Below, one piece after another: positions 39,136 to 49,583 of a stretch of DNA of 64,000 nucleotides. Source of the stretch: an uncultured Bacilli bacterium (GTDB lineage Bacteria; Bacillota_I; Bacilli_A; RF39; UBA660); contig CALVIC010000001.1 in assembly GCA_944329365.1 (NCBI GenBank), forward strand, positions 25,120-89,119, given 5' to 3'. Made by a program: the position numbers and the translations under genes. The first letter of the stretch is position 1, and the number at the start of each line of letters is the position of its first letter. Under the pieces are notes generated by a model. It had not been told where the DNA came from. It saw nothing but the letters and a program-made list of their open reading frames with translations, and searched no databases.

Positions 39136-40353
39136 GTGAAAAAAGTTTTGATTTTAGGAGTTACTATTTTGGTAACTATTTCAATGGCTGTTCCAATGCA
39201 ATCACAGGCTAAAGAAAAAACTCTTGGACAGCTGAGAGCTGAGGCTAAGGCAAACCGTGATGCGTATAACGCGGCTAAAGAACAAAAAGAGATGACTGAG
39301 CAAGAAAGAAATGAGACTACTAAGCAAAAGCAAGAAGTAGAGGCTCAAATTAGTCAAATTCAAAAAGAGGTTACAGAGACTTCTGATAAAATAGTTGAGC
39401 TACAAAAAGATATTGATAAAAAAGATGAACAGATGAAGGATATAATGAGTTTTGTTCAGGTAACTGATGGTGAAAATAATTATTTAGAATATATTTTTGG
39501 TGCTACTTCTTTTACTGATTTTATTTATCGAATATCAGTTGCTGAACAACTTGGAGATTATAACGAACAACTTGTTAAAGAGTACGAGTCGGATGTTAAG
39601 GAACTTGATGAAAAGAGAGAAGAGCTTAATAATAAAAATACTGAGCTTTCAAAGAAAGAAAATGAGTTAAGCCAGTTAGAGGCAAAACTTAATAGTGAAA
39701 TCGAAGAACTTCAAGAAGGTATGATGAGTAAAGACGACGAATATGAGACACTTAATAATATGATTAACTTCTTTGAAAGCAAGGATATATGTACGGAAAA
39801 TGATACAATGTCTTCTTGTCAGCGCAAACTTAACCAAAAAACACCTAGTGGAGGTGTAGATACCTCTGGGACACCAGGGGCTAATGGAACTTATATGCCA
39901 ATAAGAAAAGGACGGGTAACTAGTGATTATGGTTATCGTTCATATGATAATTCGTTCCATACGGGTATAGATTTTTCTGATGGTGTTCATGGAGATTCAG
40001 TTTATCCAGTGGCAACAGGTACGGTTGTAAATATTACTTATCCTAAGAGTCCGAGAGCTTGTGGTAATCATATTGTCTATGTATATCACAATATAGGACG
40101 GGGCTATACAACTTCTTACTGGCATATGACGAGTGTTAATGTAAGATTAGGTCAAACTGTTTATCCTGATACTAGACTTGGTTCTATGGGTGGTCTTCCA
40201 AGTGAAGATAGTTGTGCTGGTGGTACGCATGTTCATTTGAATTTGTTTAATGGTCTTCATACGACCAATAGTGGAAGAATCGATCCACGAATACTTGTGT
40301 CAAATATACCAAGTAAGGGAAAGTATTTTACATCTTATTATGGAAACAGATAG
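39136..40353 (+). CDS. secreted coiled-coil protein with a C-terminal M23 peptidase domain
   Basis: Signal peptide, long coiled coil, M23 motifs HTGIDF and HVHLNLF. GTG start after the AAGGAGGG RBS. Confidence 0.75.
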   Translation: MKKVLILGVTILVTISMAVPMQSQAKEKTLGQLRAEAKANRDAYNAAKEQKEMTEQERNETTKQKQEVEAQISQIQKEVTETSDKIVELQKDIDKKDEQMKDIMSFVQVTDGENNYLEYIFGATSFTDFIYRISVAEQLGDYNEQLVKEYESDVKELDEKREELNNKNTELSKKENELSQLEAKLNSEIEELQEGMMSKDDEYETLNNMINFFESKDICTENDTMSSCQRKLNQKTPSGGVDTSGTPGANGTYMPIRKGRVTSDYGYRSYDNSFHTGIDFSDGVHGDSVYPVATGTVVNITYPKSPRACGNHIVYVYHNIGRGYTTSYWHMTSVNVRLGQTVYPDTRLGSMGGLPSEDSCAGGTHVHLNLFNGLHTTNSGRIDPRILVSNIPSKGKYFTSYYGNR

Positions 40354-40424
40354 GAATCGTCTGATTCCTTTTTGTTTGACAAATTTGTTATTATACTTTT
40401 GTTATATTAGTAAAAGGTGGTATA

Positions 40425-40595
40425 ATGAAAGTAAAAGTTTTTGATGAAAGTCACGAAAAAGATTTAGAAGATGCAATAAATAAGTTTATTTCAGAGGAAG
40501 AGCCGGAGATTATGGACATTAAATTTTCGACGGCTATTGCAATGTTTTCTGAAGAACAAATTTATTGCTTTTCCGCACTTATAGTTTATCGGTAG
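40425..40595 (+). CDS. small protein of 56 aa resembling sporulation-associated Cse60/YteV (DUF2758)
   Basis: AAAAGGTGG RBS. KVKVFDESHEKDLEDAINKF…YCFSALIVYR pattern. Not in the ORF track because it is below the cut-off. Confidence 0.5.
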   Translation: MKVKVFDESHEKDLEDAINKFISEEEPEIMDIKFSTAIAMFSEEQIYCFSALIVYR

Positions 40596-40604
40596 GTGAT
40601 GTTT

Positions 40605-42254
40605 ATGAAAAAAACAGGATTTCTAGCTGGAGCGGCAATTTCGACGATTGGAATTGTTATATGCAAGGTTATTGGTCTTGTATATGTTATTCCATTTTAT
40701 GCGATTATTGGAACGCAAGGCGGGGCTTTATATAGTTATGCTTATTCTATTTATAATATGTTTTTAAATTTGGCAACTTCTGGTATTCCAGTGGCAATGA
40801 GTAAAGTTGTTAGTGAATATAATGAAGTTGGATATTATAATACGAAGGAACGAACTTTTAAAATGGGTCTAAAAATTATTGGACTACTTGGATTAATTTC
40901 GTTTTTAGTACTATTTATTTTTGCTCCACAAATTGCTTATTTGATTATTGGTGATGTTAAGGGCGGGAATAGTGTAGAGGATGTAACGATGGTTATTAGA
41001 GTTATATCGACAGCTATTTTGGTTGTTCCTTTTTTAAGTGTGTCTAAAGGATATTTACAAGGTCATAAAATTATGCAGGTTTCGTCTGTAGCCAATATTT
41101 TAGAGCAAATTGTCAGAGTTATTGTGATTTTGGCAGGAAGTTTTTTAACTTTAAAAGTTTTTAATTTAAGTTTAAATACAGCAGTTGGTGTTGCTGTGTT
41201 TGGGGCAACGGTGGGGGCGTTGTTTGCTTATTTTTATGTTTATGCAAAAATTAGAAAAAGTAAAAGCTTAAATAAGCATGCTAAACCAACGCCGGCAGAG
41301 GTTAAAATAACAAATAAAGATTTAGTAAAGAGAATTATTTTTTATGCTTTACCATTTGTGGCTATTTCAGTTTTACAATCAGCGTTTGTCATGGTCGATG
41401 TGTTTACGGTAGTTAGGGGACTTACAGGTATTGGATATACAACGGAGATAAGTGAGAATGTCCTTAGTGTTATTGCAACATGGGGTTCAAAACTTAACAT
41501 GATTGTCATGTCGATTTCAATGGGAATTGTTATGAGTTTAATTCCAGCTATAGCTTCGGCTTATGCGGTTAAAAATTACGAAGAAGTTAACAGTAAAGTA
41601 AATCAAGCTTTAAAGACTCTACTTTTTGTATGTGTGCCAATGGCAACCGGTCTTTGTTTTTTATCTTCAGCAGTATGGACAGTATTTTACGGTTATAATG
41701 AACTTAATAGTTCGGTATTTAAGTTACTTATTATGTCACAGATTACACTCTCTGTTTGTTCAGTTATGGTTAATGCAAGTCAATCTATGAATAATACTAA
41801 GCAGTCTATTATTGCTTTAGGTGGTTCACTTATCGCCAAGGTTTTATTAAATGTGCCGATGATGCATCTATTTAGTTTAATTGGAATTGAAGCTTATTAT
41901 GCACCTATTGCTTTAAATATTTTAATCGATACAAGTGCGAGTTTGTATTTACTTTATATAGTTAAAAAGGATACAAGAGTAAGTTATTTTAAGACGGTTC
42001 AAACGATTATAAAGATTGTTTTGTGCACGGTTATAATGGTTCTTGTTTTATCTATTTTAAATATGTTTATTCCAAGTTATTCACATTCAAGAATGATTTC
42101 CATTTTGTATATTATTCTTTATGGTATAATAGGGATGATTACTTATTTCTTTGTTGCTTATAAGTCAAAAACAATTGATAATGTTTTTGGTAAGGGATTT
42201 GTACAAAAGGTTTTTGATAACTTAAAGAAACTTAAGAAAAAAACTGTTAAATAG
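40605..42254 (+). CDS. MOP-superfamily flippase (MurJ/polysaccharide-biosynthesis protein-like)
   Basis: About 14 TM helices. N-terminal region typical of MurJ/SpoVB-like proteins. Confidence 0.65.
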   Translation: MKKTGFLAGAAISTIGIVICKVIGLVYVIPFYAIIGTQGGALYSYAYSIYNMFLNLATSGIPVAMSKVVSEYNEVGYYNTKERTFKMGLKIIGLLGLISFLVLFIFAPQIAYLIIGDVKGGNSVEDVTMVIRVISTAILVVPFLSVSKGYLQGHKIMQVSSVANILEQIVRVIVILAGSFLTLKVFNLSLNTAVGVAVFGATVGALFAYFYVYAKIRKSKSLNKHAKPTPAEVKITNKDLVKRIIFYALPFVAISVLQSAFVMVDVFTVVRGLTGIGYTTEISENVLSVIATWGSKLNMIVMSISMGIVMSLIPAIASAYAVKNYEEVNSKVNQALKTLLFVCVPMATGLCFLSSAVWTVFYGYNELNSSVFKLLIMSQITLSVCSVMVNASQSMNNTKQSIIALGGSLIAKVLLNVPMMHLFSLIGIEAYYAPIALNILIDTSASLYLLYIVKKDTRVSYFKTVQTIIKIVLCTVIMVLVLSILNMFIPSYSHSRMISILYIILYGIIGMITYFFVAYKSKTIDNVFGKGFVQKVFDNLKKLKKKTVK

Positions 42255-42292
42255 TTTAAGAAAATGTTAAAATAATTTTAGTAAAGGAGTGG

Positions 42293-43825
42293 ATGAGTTT
42301 GGAACAATTATCATTTATGGAAAAACTTCAGGTTTTGTTTAGTAATATTTTGGCTCATCCTCTTTTTTTAATTATATTATTAATGCCGGCCTTACTACTG
42401 TTGCTTAGGAAGAAACATGGTAAAAAGATTTTTATTGGAGTTTATTTATTAGTTATTATTTTCGTTTTGTTTATCGGAAATGAAGTTATTTTTGAACTTT
42501 TCGATAATATGATGGACGGCTTATTTATGACTCTTTATTTTCCAAATTTTATCACACTTTTTGTGGTTGTCGTTTTATGTTCGATTATCGCTTTGGTTTC
42601 ATTTTTTGATAAGAAGATGTACCGAATAAATAAAATTATAAATATAACTGGTTTTGCAATTGTCCAGTTTATGTTTGTTTTGATATTGACGACAGTTAGG
42701 TCAAATAATATCGATATTTATGCTGATAATGCGCTTTATTCAAATAGTGATGTTTTGACTTTAATGCAGCTTTTAATGGGGGCATTTGCTTTACAGATTA
42801 TTTCAATTTTGATTATTAATGGAATTAATAAAGTTACAGCTATTTTGGATAGAGACCCAAATAAGAAGAATATTTTCTCGAGAATTAAGAGAGTCAAGAT
42901 AGATGATAGTAAGATTGGTTATATAAATGTCGTCGATACGAAGAATCCAAAAAAGACTAAGCTTAAACCATTTTCATTCGATTTAGATAAAATTGAAGAG
43001 GTTAGTGTTAAAAGTAGTAAGGGCGAAAGTCCAAATATATTTGAGAGTGAACCGGCTTTTGCAGTTGATGTTTTTAATGAAAAACCAGTTTTAGAGGATA
43101 CTTCTAACAATAAATTGGAAACTGATGATAACAAGGTTTCAGAAGAAATCAAAGATACTTCGAAGGTGGAAAAGGTTTTGGATAAACCGAAGAAGAAACC
43201 TTCAAAAAAGGGTAAAAAGAAAATAGAACAAAAGAATAACAAGTCAAGTATTACTGGTGACATTTTAACTAAACAGTTAAATAAGATAAAAGAGGTTGAA
43301 GGTTTAGACGGTCTTACAAGTTCAGTAAGTCAGACGATGGATGTATTATCTAAAGAAACAAAAATAGTTAAACCTGAGATTAGAAAGATAGAAAAGAAGA
43401 AAGATGATTTAGAAAAAACGGAAAATCCAGTTAAACCGGTTGTTTCTACTGAGCCAGTCATAAAGAAAATTATTCCACCTGTTTCAAATGATAATTTGGT
43501 AAAACCTGATTTGATGAAACCGATGGAAAATTTTGATAATTACGAGGGATATAATAGTAAGTTTATAAATAAGGCAAATACACTCGCACAAGAGATGTTT
43601 GAGATGGCTAAACCTGAACCAATTAGGGCTTATTCAATCGATAATTTAGATATCATAAATATGCAGCTTACTTTGGATACGGTAATTAAATATAAATTCC
43701 AAAGAGGCGTTAAACTCAGAAGATATGATGAGAGTCCAACTATCGATGATTTGAATATTTTTGATTTTGATAAGCTTATGAAAATTTTACCGAAAAGTAA
43801 GGTTTATAGAAAGATGGGCAAGTAA
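42293..43825 (+). CDS. hypothetical membrane protein with a Lys-rich extracytoplasmic or cytoplasmic tail
   Basis: AAAGGAGTGG RBS. About 5 N-terminal TM helices followed by a charged region. Confidence 0.5.
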   Translation: MSLEQLSFMEKLQVLFSNILAHPLFLIILLMPALLLLLRKKHGKKIFIGVYLLVIIFVLFIGNEVIFELFDNMMDGLFMTLYFPNFITLFVVVVLCSIIALVSFFDKKMYRINKIINITGFAIVQFMFVLILTTVRSNNIDIYADNALYSNSDVLTLMQLLMGAFALQIISILIINGINKVTAILDRDPNKKNIFSRIKRVKIDDSKIGYINVVDTKNPKKTKLKPFSFDLDKIEEVSVKSSKGESPNIFESEPAFAVDVFNEKPVLEDTSNNKLETDDNKVSEEIKDTSKVEKVLDKPKKKPSKKGKKKIEQKNNKSSITGDILTKQLNKIKEVEGLDGLTSSVSQTMDVLSKETKIVKPEIRKIEKKKDDLEKTENPVKPVVSTEPVIKKIIPPVSNDNLVKPDLMKPMENFDNYEGYNSKFINKANTLAQEMFEMAKPEPIRAYSIDNLDIINMQLTLDTVIKYKFQRGVKLRRYDESPTIDDLNIFDFDKLMKILPKSKVYRKMGK

Positions 43826-43916
43826 TGATACTTGTCTTTTTTGTTTGTTTTTGTTGATTAAAATTCTTCAAATATGACCATGATAAACATAGGATATATT
43901 GAAAGGAGAATCATCT

Positions 43917-46214
43917 ATGTTTGGAAATTTTGAGGAAGAGGCGCGTAAGGTTTTAGTGATGGCAAAAAAGGAGATGCACGATCTTAAGCATCCTTATGTA
44001 TCTTCTGAACATTTGCTTTTGGCAATTTTAAAATTATCTTCAGAAATAAGTGATAAGCTTAAAGAGTATGATTTAGATTATAATTCTTTTAAAGCAGAAA
44101 TTATTAAAGTAATTGGAACTGGTTCAAAGCCTAGTGAATGGTTTTTGTATACACCTCTTTTGAAGAGAATACTTGAGAATGCAGTTTGTGATGCAAGAGA
44201 TAACAATAATGGAGTAGTTACAGTAAATCATTTATTCGCTTCACTTTTAGAAGAGGGTGAAGGAGTAGCTATTAGAATTTTAGTTGGAATGGGAATAGAT
44301 ATTGATGAACTTTATGATGATTTTGCCTATAAATTAGTGAGTAAAAGTAGTAATAAGAAATTACTTATAGATGAAATTGGTACTGATTTGAATAAGAAAG
44401 CTATGGAAGGAATGCTTGATCCAGTTACAGGAAGAGATAAAGAAATAAAACGGGTTTTGGAGATTTTGTCAAGAAGGGGTAAGAACAATCCGCTATTAAT
44501 TGGTGAGGCGGGAGTTGGTAAAACGGCGATTGTCGAAGAGCTTGCAAGTATGATTGTCAGAGGTGAGGTTCCACTAAATTTGAGAGGTAAAAGAATTATA
44601 AGTTTGGATATGGCTTCTTCGGTTGCCGGAACAAAATATCGCGGTGAATTCGAGGAGAGAATGAATCAAATTATAAAAGAAATTGAAGAGAATGATGATA
44701 TTATTTTGTTTATCGATGAGATTCATACTTTAGTTGGGGCTGGAGGTGCGGAAGGAGCAATAGATGCTTCTAATATTTTTAAGCCAGCTTTAGCTAGAGG
44801 AAAGATTAGATGTATAGGAGCGACGACGACGGAGGAATATAAAAAGTTTATCGAAAAGGATAAGGCTTTAGAAAGAAGATTTCAAAAGGTTGTAATTGAG
44901 GCTCCAGATGTAAAAACGGTTAAGGATATTTTAGTTAATTTAAAAGAAATTTATGAGGGTTATCACAAGGTAATACTTGGTAATGAAATTCTCGATTTAA
45001 TAATAGATTTATCTGAGAGGTATATGTATAACAGAAGACAACCTGATAAAGCAATCGACATTTTAGATGAGGTTTGTGCGAAAGTAAGTATTAAGGAAGG
45101 AAAAAATTTAAAGGAATATAGACGGTGCAATAAGGAGTTAAAAGATGTTATTGCAAATAAAAAGAAAGCAATTATCGATAATGATTTTGAACTGGCAAGT
45201 AGTTATAAAACCAAAGAATCAAAGCTAATGAACGATATTAACAATTTAGAACTTCTTTTATATAAAAAGAGTCCGAGAAGGGTTACGAAACACGATGTGG
45301 CTGAGGTTGTATGTGAGAAAACGGGAATACCGGTTTATGAACTTTTAAGTGAAAAGAAGACAATTATAAAGAAGTCACTCGATATTTTAAAGAAGAAAAT
45401 TTATGGGCAAGAAGAAGCGGTGAGGGCAGCTTCTGATATTGCAAAGAAAATAAAATTAGGGTTTAACGATAAGTGCTATTCAATGCTCTTTTGCGGTCCT
45501 TCTGGAGTAGGAAAAACGGCCTTAGCAAAAGAACTTGGTAAATGTTTGGCGGGGAATAATGTAATTAGACTTGATATGAGTGAGTATAAGGAGGCGCATA
45601 GTATAAGTAAAATTATTGGCGCGCCACCAGGATATGTCGGTTATGAAGATGTTAGTAATGTTCTAGAGGATATTAGAAATAAACCTTTTTCAGTTCTTAT
45701 TTTAGATGAAATAGAAAAGGCCCACAGAGATATTATTAATTTGTTTTTGGGGGTTTTAGATGAAGGTATAATGAAGGATAGTCGGGGCAATGAAGTTAGG
45801 TTTGACAACGTAGTAATTATTATGACTTCTAATTCTGGTTTTAATGAGATAAATGTCGGTTTTAATAATGAGAATAATTTGGGTTCAAAATTAAATGACA
45901 GTTTTTCTATTCCTTTTATGAATAGGGTGGATAGGGTTATTATGTTTAATTATTTGAAGAAGGAAGATATCGATAATATAATAAACGATAAATTAAAAGA
46001 TCTGAAACACAAATATAAAGATAAAATTACAATAAATATTGGCGATAGTGTTTTAGATGAGATTAGAGAGAAAGCTAATTATAAATTATATGGGGCAAGA
46101 AAAATAAGTAAAATTATTAAGGATGATATTGAAAATAAGGTTATTGATGCGCTTATAAATAATAAGGAAAAGATAAACATTAAAGGTTTAAAGGAGGAAA
46201 ATGTTATTTTATAA
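43917..46214 (+). CDS. ClpC/ClpE-like two-AAA+ ATP-dependent Clp chaperone
   Basis: Clp_N repeats. D1 Walker A GEAGVGKT and Walker B ILFIDEIH. D2 Walker A GPSGVGKT and Walker B VLILDEIEKA. Confidence 0.85.
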   Translation: MFGNFEEEARKVLVMAKKEMHDLKHPYVSSEHLLLAILKLSSEISDKLKEYDLDYNSFKAEIIKVIGTGSKPSEWFLYTPLLKRILENAVCDARDNNNGVVTVNHLFASLLEEGEGVAIRILVGMGIDIDELYDDFAYKLVSKSSNKKLLIDEIGTDLNKKAMEGMLDPVTGRDKEIKRVLEILSRRGKNNPLLIGEAGVGKTAIVEELASMIVRGEVPLNLRGKRIISLDMASSVAGTKYRGEFEERMNQIIKEIEENDDIILFIDEIHTLVGAGGAEGAIDASNIFKPALARGKIRCIGATTTEEYKKFIEKDKALERRFQKVVIEAPDVKTVKDILVNLKEIYEGYHKVILGNEILDLIIDLSERYMYNRRQPDKAIDILDEVCAKVSIKEGKNLKEYRRCNKELKDVIANKKKAIIDNDFELASSYKTKESKLMNDINNLELLLYKKSPRRVTKHDVAEVVCEKTGIPVYELLSEKKTIIKKSLDILKKKIYGQEEAVRAASDIAKKIKLGFNDKCYSMLFCGPSGVGKTALAKELGKCLAGNNVIRLDMSEYKEAHSISKIIGAPPGYVGYEDVSNVLEDIRNKPFSVLILDEIEKAHRDIINLFLGVLDEGIMKDSRGNEVRFDNVVIIMTSNSGFNEINVGFNNENNLGSKLNDSFSIPFMNRVDRVIMFNYLKKEDIDNIINDKLKDLKHKYKDKITINIGDSVLDEIREKANYKLYGARKISKIIKDDIENKVIDALINNKEKINIKGLKEENVIL

Positions 46215-46227
46215 TAGTAAAAAAACG

Positions 46228-48069
46228 CTATATTGCGTTTTTTTCATAATCGATAAAAAAGGTTTTATACCAAACTAAGAATACATAGACAGTCCAAATT
46301 TTACGGCAATTGTTTTTCTTAGAGTTGTAATGATCATCTAACATTTTTAGCAGTTTTTTTTGGTCGAAGAATTCTTTAGTAAAGTCTTGTTTAAACATTT
46401 TTTTGACAATATTATAATACTTTTCTTCTCTAAACCATTTAATGATTGGAACAGGGAAGCCTTTTTTTCTTCTTTTATACCATTCTTCTGGAATTCGTTT
46501 AGAAGCAGCTTTTCTTAAAGCATATTTTGTTGTATCATGAGATATTTTATATTCTGTTTTAATAGAGCTTGCTAATTTAAATACTTCTTTATCAAGTATT
46601 GGTACTCGTAGTTCTAGAGAGTTAGCCATACTCATTTTATCTGCTTTAAGTAAAATATCGTTTGGAAGCCAGAAGTGCATATCTAGGTATTGCATTTTTG
46701 TGACATCATCTTGATTTTTAACTTTATCAAAGTATGGTTTAGTGATATCTTGATATTTTAAATCACTTTTATATTTGTCAGCTAGGATTTTATTTGCTTC
46801 TTTATTATTAAAGATAAAAGCATCGCCGACATAATAGTCTTCAAGTTTAGAACCACCTTTGGTTAAGAAATTTTTACCATGAAAACTTGGGAGTGGTGAG
46901 ACGATAATTTTGATAAATTTCCTAATGAACATTGGTAGTTTTTTGTATTTTTTTAGAGTTTCATCTTCTTTATAGCTTGGGTATCCACCAAATAATTCGT
47001 CTGCACCTTCACCAGATAAGACAACTTTTACATCTTTGACAGCTAATTTTGATAAGAAATAGAGAGGAACAGCAGAGAGGTTGGCTGTTGGTTCATCGGC
47101 ATAATATTGAACTTTATCTATATTATCGAAAAAACTATCCGCATTTATTAATTCATTTTTATTTTCAATGTGAAGTAGGTCTGATAAATCTTTAGCTAAT
47201 GGGACTTCGTTGAAGTCTTTATAATCGAAGCCTACGGAGAATGTTTTGTTTGGCTTTAAATAGGAAACAACATATGATGAGTCAATTCCTCCTGACAAAT
47301 AAGCGCCTACTGGGACATCACTTATAGTGTGATAGTCAATAGATTTTGTAATAGTATTATCTATTTCGTTTACTAAATTATTAAAATCTTGATTTTTAGG
47401 TTCAAATTTTATTTCATAGTATTTATGGGTTTCTATTTTTTTACTTTCTGCATCATAGATGAAATAATGACCGGGCTTTAATTTATAGACATTTTTAAAA
47501 AATGTTTCTTCGAGGACTGATGTTTGGAAAGTTAAGTATGGTTTTAAAGCTTTTTTATTTATTTTTTTCAAAAAGTCTGGATGTTTTAAGAAGCTTTTGA
47601 TTTCCGAACCAAACATAAAGGTGTTTTGCATAGAGCAGTAGTAGAAGGGTTTTTGACCAAAATGATCACGGGCGCCAAATAATTTTTTGTTTTTTTTGTC
47701 CCAAATTACAAAAGCAAACATTCCTCTTATTTTGTCTAAGATTTTTTCGCCATATTCTTCATAACCGTGAAGGATTACTTCAGTATCGGTTTTAGTTTTA
47801 AATATATGTCCTTTTTTTTCTAAATCTGGTTTGATATCTTGAAAGTTATATATTTCACCGTTAAAGCAGATAACAAGAGTATTATCTTCGTTTGAAATCG
47901 GTTGTCTTCCACCTTTTAAATCAATGATGCTTAGGCGTCTAAATCCTAGAGCAATATCGTCATCTTTGTAGTACGATTCATCATCTGGTCCACGATGGGC
48001 AATGGCATCAGCCATGTCTTTTATATATTTTTTATCTTTTTTATTAATATATCCACAAAATCCACACAT
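46228..48069 (-). CDS. asparagine synthase (glutamine-hydrolysing), AsnB/AsnH-like
   Basis: N-terminal MCGFCGY glutaminase nucleophile. SGGIDSS PP-loop. Confidence 0.9.
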   Translation of the reverse strand: MCGFCGYINKKDKKYIKDMADAIAHRGPDDESYYKDDDIALGFRRLSIIDLKGGRQPISNEDNTLVICFNGEIYNFQDIKPDLEKKGHIFKTKTDTEVILHGYEEYGEKILDKIRGMFAFVIWDKKNKKLFGARDHFGQKPFYYCSMQNTFMFGSEIKSFLKHPDFLKKINKKALKPYLTFQTSVLEETFFKNVYKLKPGHYFIYDAESKKIETHKYYEIKFEPKNQDFNNLVNEIDNTITKSIDYHTISDVPVGAYLSGGIDSSYVVSYLKPNKTFSVGFDYKDFNEVPLAKDLSDLLHIENKNELINADSFFDNIDKVQYYADEPTANLSAVPLYFLSKLAVKDVKVVLSGEGADELFGGYPSYKEDETLKKYKKLPMFIRKFIKIIVSPLPSFHGKNFLTKGGSKLEDYYVGDAFIFNNKEANKILADKYKSDLKYQDITKPYFDKVKNQDDVTKMQYLDMHFWLPNDILLKADKMSMANSLELRVPILDKEVFKLASSIKTEYKISHDTTKYALRKAASKRIPEEWYKRRKKGFPVPIIKWFREEKYYNIVKKMFKQDFTKEFFDQKKLLKMLDDHYNSKKNNCRKIWTVYVFLVWYKTFFIDYEKNAI

Positions 48070-48108
48070 ATTTTCACAGCCTTTCTATTATAAATGGTGG
48101 TTTAAATT

Positions 48109-49335
48109 TTATGTCAATTCGTCTTTTTTAGGTGGATATAGTTTATACGTTTTATAATCTTTATTGTATATTCTATTTATCCAAAAGTTTCTAATTAGAC
48201 TACTATCTTTAGGGTTTTTAAGAGTATATTTATATTTTTTGTCTTTAATAAGTTTTAGTGCTTCATTTAAGGTGTCTTTATTATAGATGTATTTTTTTAA
48301 GATTTTTATTGGAGTGTGAAGCCATAAGAATTTATTATAATTATAATCTGTTTTTTCATCTTTATTTAAGATATAGTCATCAACTAGATATTTAGCCATG
48401 TTTAAGCCAGCGGCAGTTGTGAAATAGCTACTTCTTCCTTGTCTGATGTTTATTTCAAATAGTTTAAATGTTTTGTCGCGGTAATCGTATTTTAGATCGA
48501 AGTTAGAAAATCCAACGTATTTTATATTTTCTAAGAAATTTTGAATTGTTTTATATATTTCTTCGTTTCCTTCAGAGATAATGGCTCTATAGTTTCCGAT
48601 TCCATAAGGAGTGTGCTCCTCAAGGATGCAGCGACCTAAACACATCATTTTGACTTTTCCTTCTTTGTTTGAGTAACAGTTTAAAACGTACATGGTGTCA
48701 TCGCCACCTGGGATAAAGTCTTGAACGATTATATGACCGTTATATCCGGATTCGAATATTTTATTTACAACTTTTTTTAGTTCTGTTTCATTACTTATTT
48801 TGTAACTTTTTTCTTTACCTTCAAAGTTTACTTCGGAATAAAGGGTACTGTTTGAAGGTTTTAGGGCTAGAGGATAGGGAATGTCTATTTTTAAGTCCTT
48901 TTGGTTTCCTTTAGTTATGATGAATGTTTTAGGATATGGTAAGTTATATTCATCACACATTTTATAGAACGATTCTTTATCTTCTAGTTTGTCTTTTATT
49001 TCTTTGTTCATAAATGGAAGAACGAAATATTCTTTTAAGGCTTCCATATTATTGACGATAGGATTTGTGTACCATTCCGCGCATGATAATAAGATTAAAT
49101 AATCATATTTTTGTTTATATTCTTTTCCTATTTCAATCATGCTTTTTAGAAATACTTGCTCATCAGTTAAGTTTTTGATTATTTTGAAATCTAAGATTTT
49201 ACTGTTTTGGCATTCTTTTAGAAGAAATGTTCCAACGATTAATGATTTAACATTATATAAGTCATTAAATGAACGGGCTAAACCATAAGCATTGGCATCA
49301 GTTCCAAGAATTACAGGTAGAAATGTTTTTGTCAT
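48109..49335 (-). CDS. ATP-grasp D-aspartate ligase-like enzyme (Aslfm/AslA family)
   Basis: N-terminal LPVILGTDANAYGLARSF and …EYNLPYPKTF… blocks characteristic of the peptidoglycan D-Asp ligase family. Co-oriented and adjacent to the AsnB/AsnH-like gene. ATG at 49335 preceded by AAGGTGA. Confidence 0.65.
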   Translation of the reverse strand: MTKTFLPVILGTDANAYGLARSFNDLYNVKSLIVGTFLLKECQNSKILDFKIIKNLTDEQVFLKSMIEIGKEYKQKYDYLILLSCAEWYTNPIVNNMEALKEYFVLPFMNKEIKDKLEDKESFYKMCDEYNLPYPKTFIITKGNQKDLKIDIPYPLALKPSNSTLYSEVNFEGKEKSYKISNETELKKVVNKIFESGYNGHIIVQDFIPGGDDTMYVLNCYSNKEGKVKMMCLGRCILEEHTPYGIGNYRAIISEGNEEIYKTIQNFLENIKYVGFSNFDLKYDYRDKTFKLFEINIRQGRSSYFTTAAGLNMAKYLVDDYILNKDEKTDYNYNKFLWLHTPIKILKKYIYNKDTLNEALKLIKDKKYKYTLKNPKDSSLIRNFWINRIYNKDYKTYKLYPPKKDELT

Positions 49336-49583
49336 TTTTATCACCTTTTATAAATTATATAACAAAATAAAGGATAAAGCAATAAATGGATGGTTTTGGC
49401 AAGTTAAATTTAGACTTGAATGAGAATGTGGAAAGAATGGAAATTATGTGGAAAAATAAGGAAAAATGTGTAAAAAGATGAGTGTAAAATGACTATAAGT
49501 GTCTAGAAAGTGTCAAAAAATAGTAAAAAAATCATATACAAATGACACAAATTATGTTATACTACCTAATAGGTGATTGAGTT

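Noticed and set aside
40250-40444. ORF-track entry 40250..40444 (+) overlapping the end of the M23 peptidase gene
   Set aside because: It runs in a different frame across the peptidase 3' end and the following intergenic region. The real small gene here is the RBS-preceded Cse60-like ORF at 40425..40595.
49420-49530. Possibility that the GTGNAAAA repeat array marks the chromosomal origin (oriC)
   Set aside because: No dnaA, dnaN, gyrB or rpmH context. The window has the gene content of a mid-replichore region (pheST, rpsP, miaB). The motifs match the DnaA box only partially.
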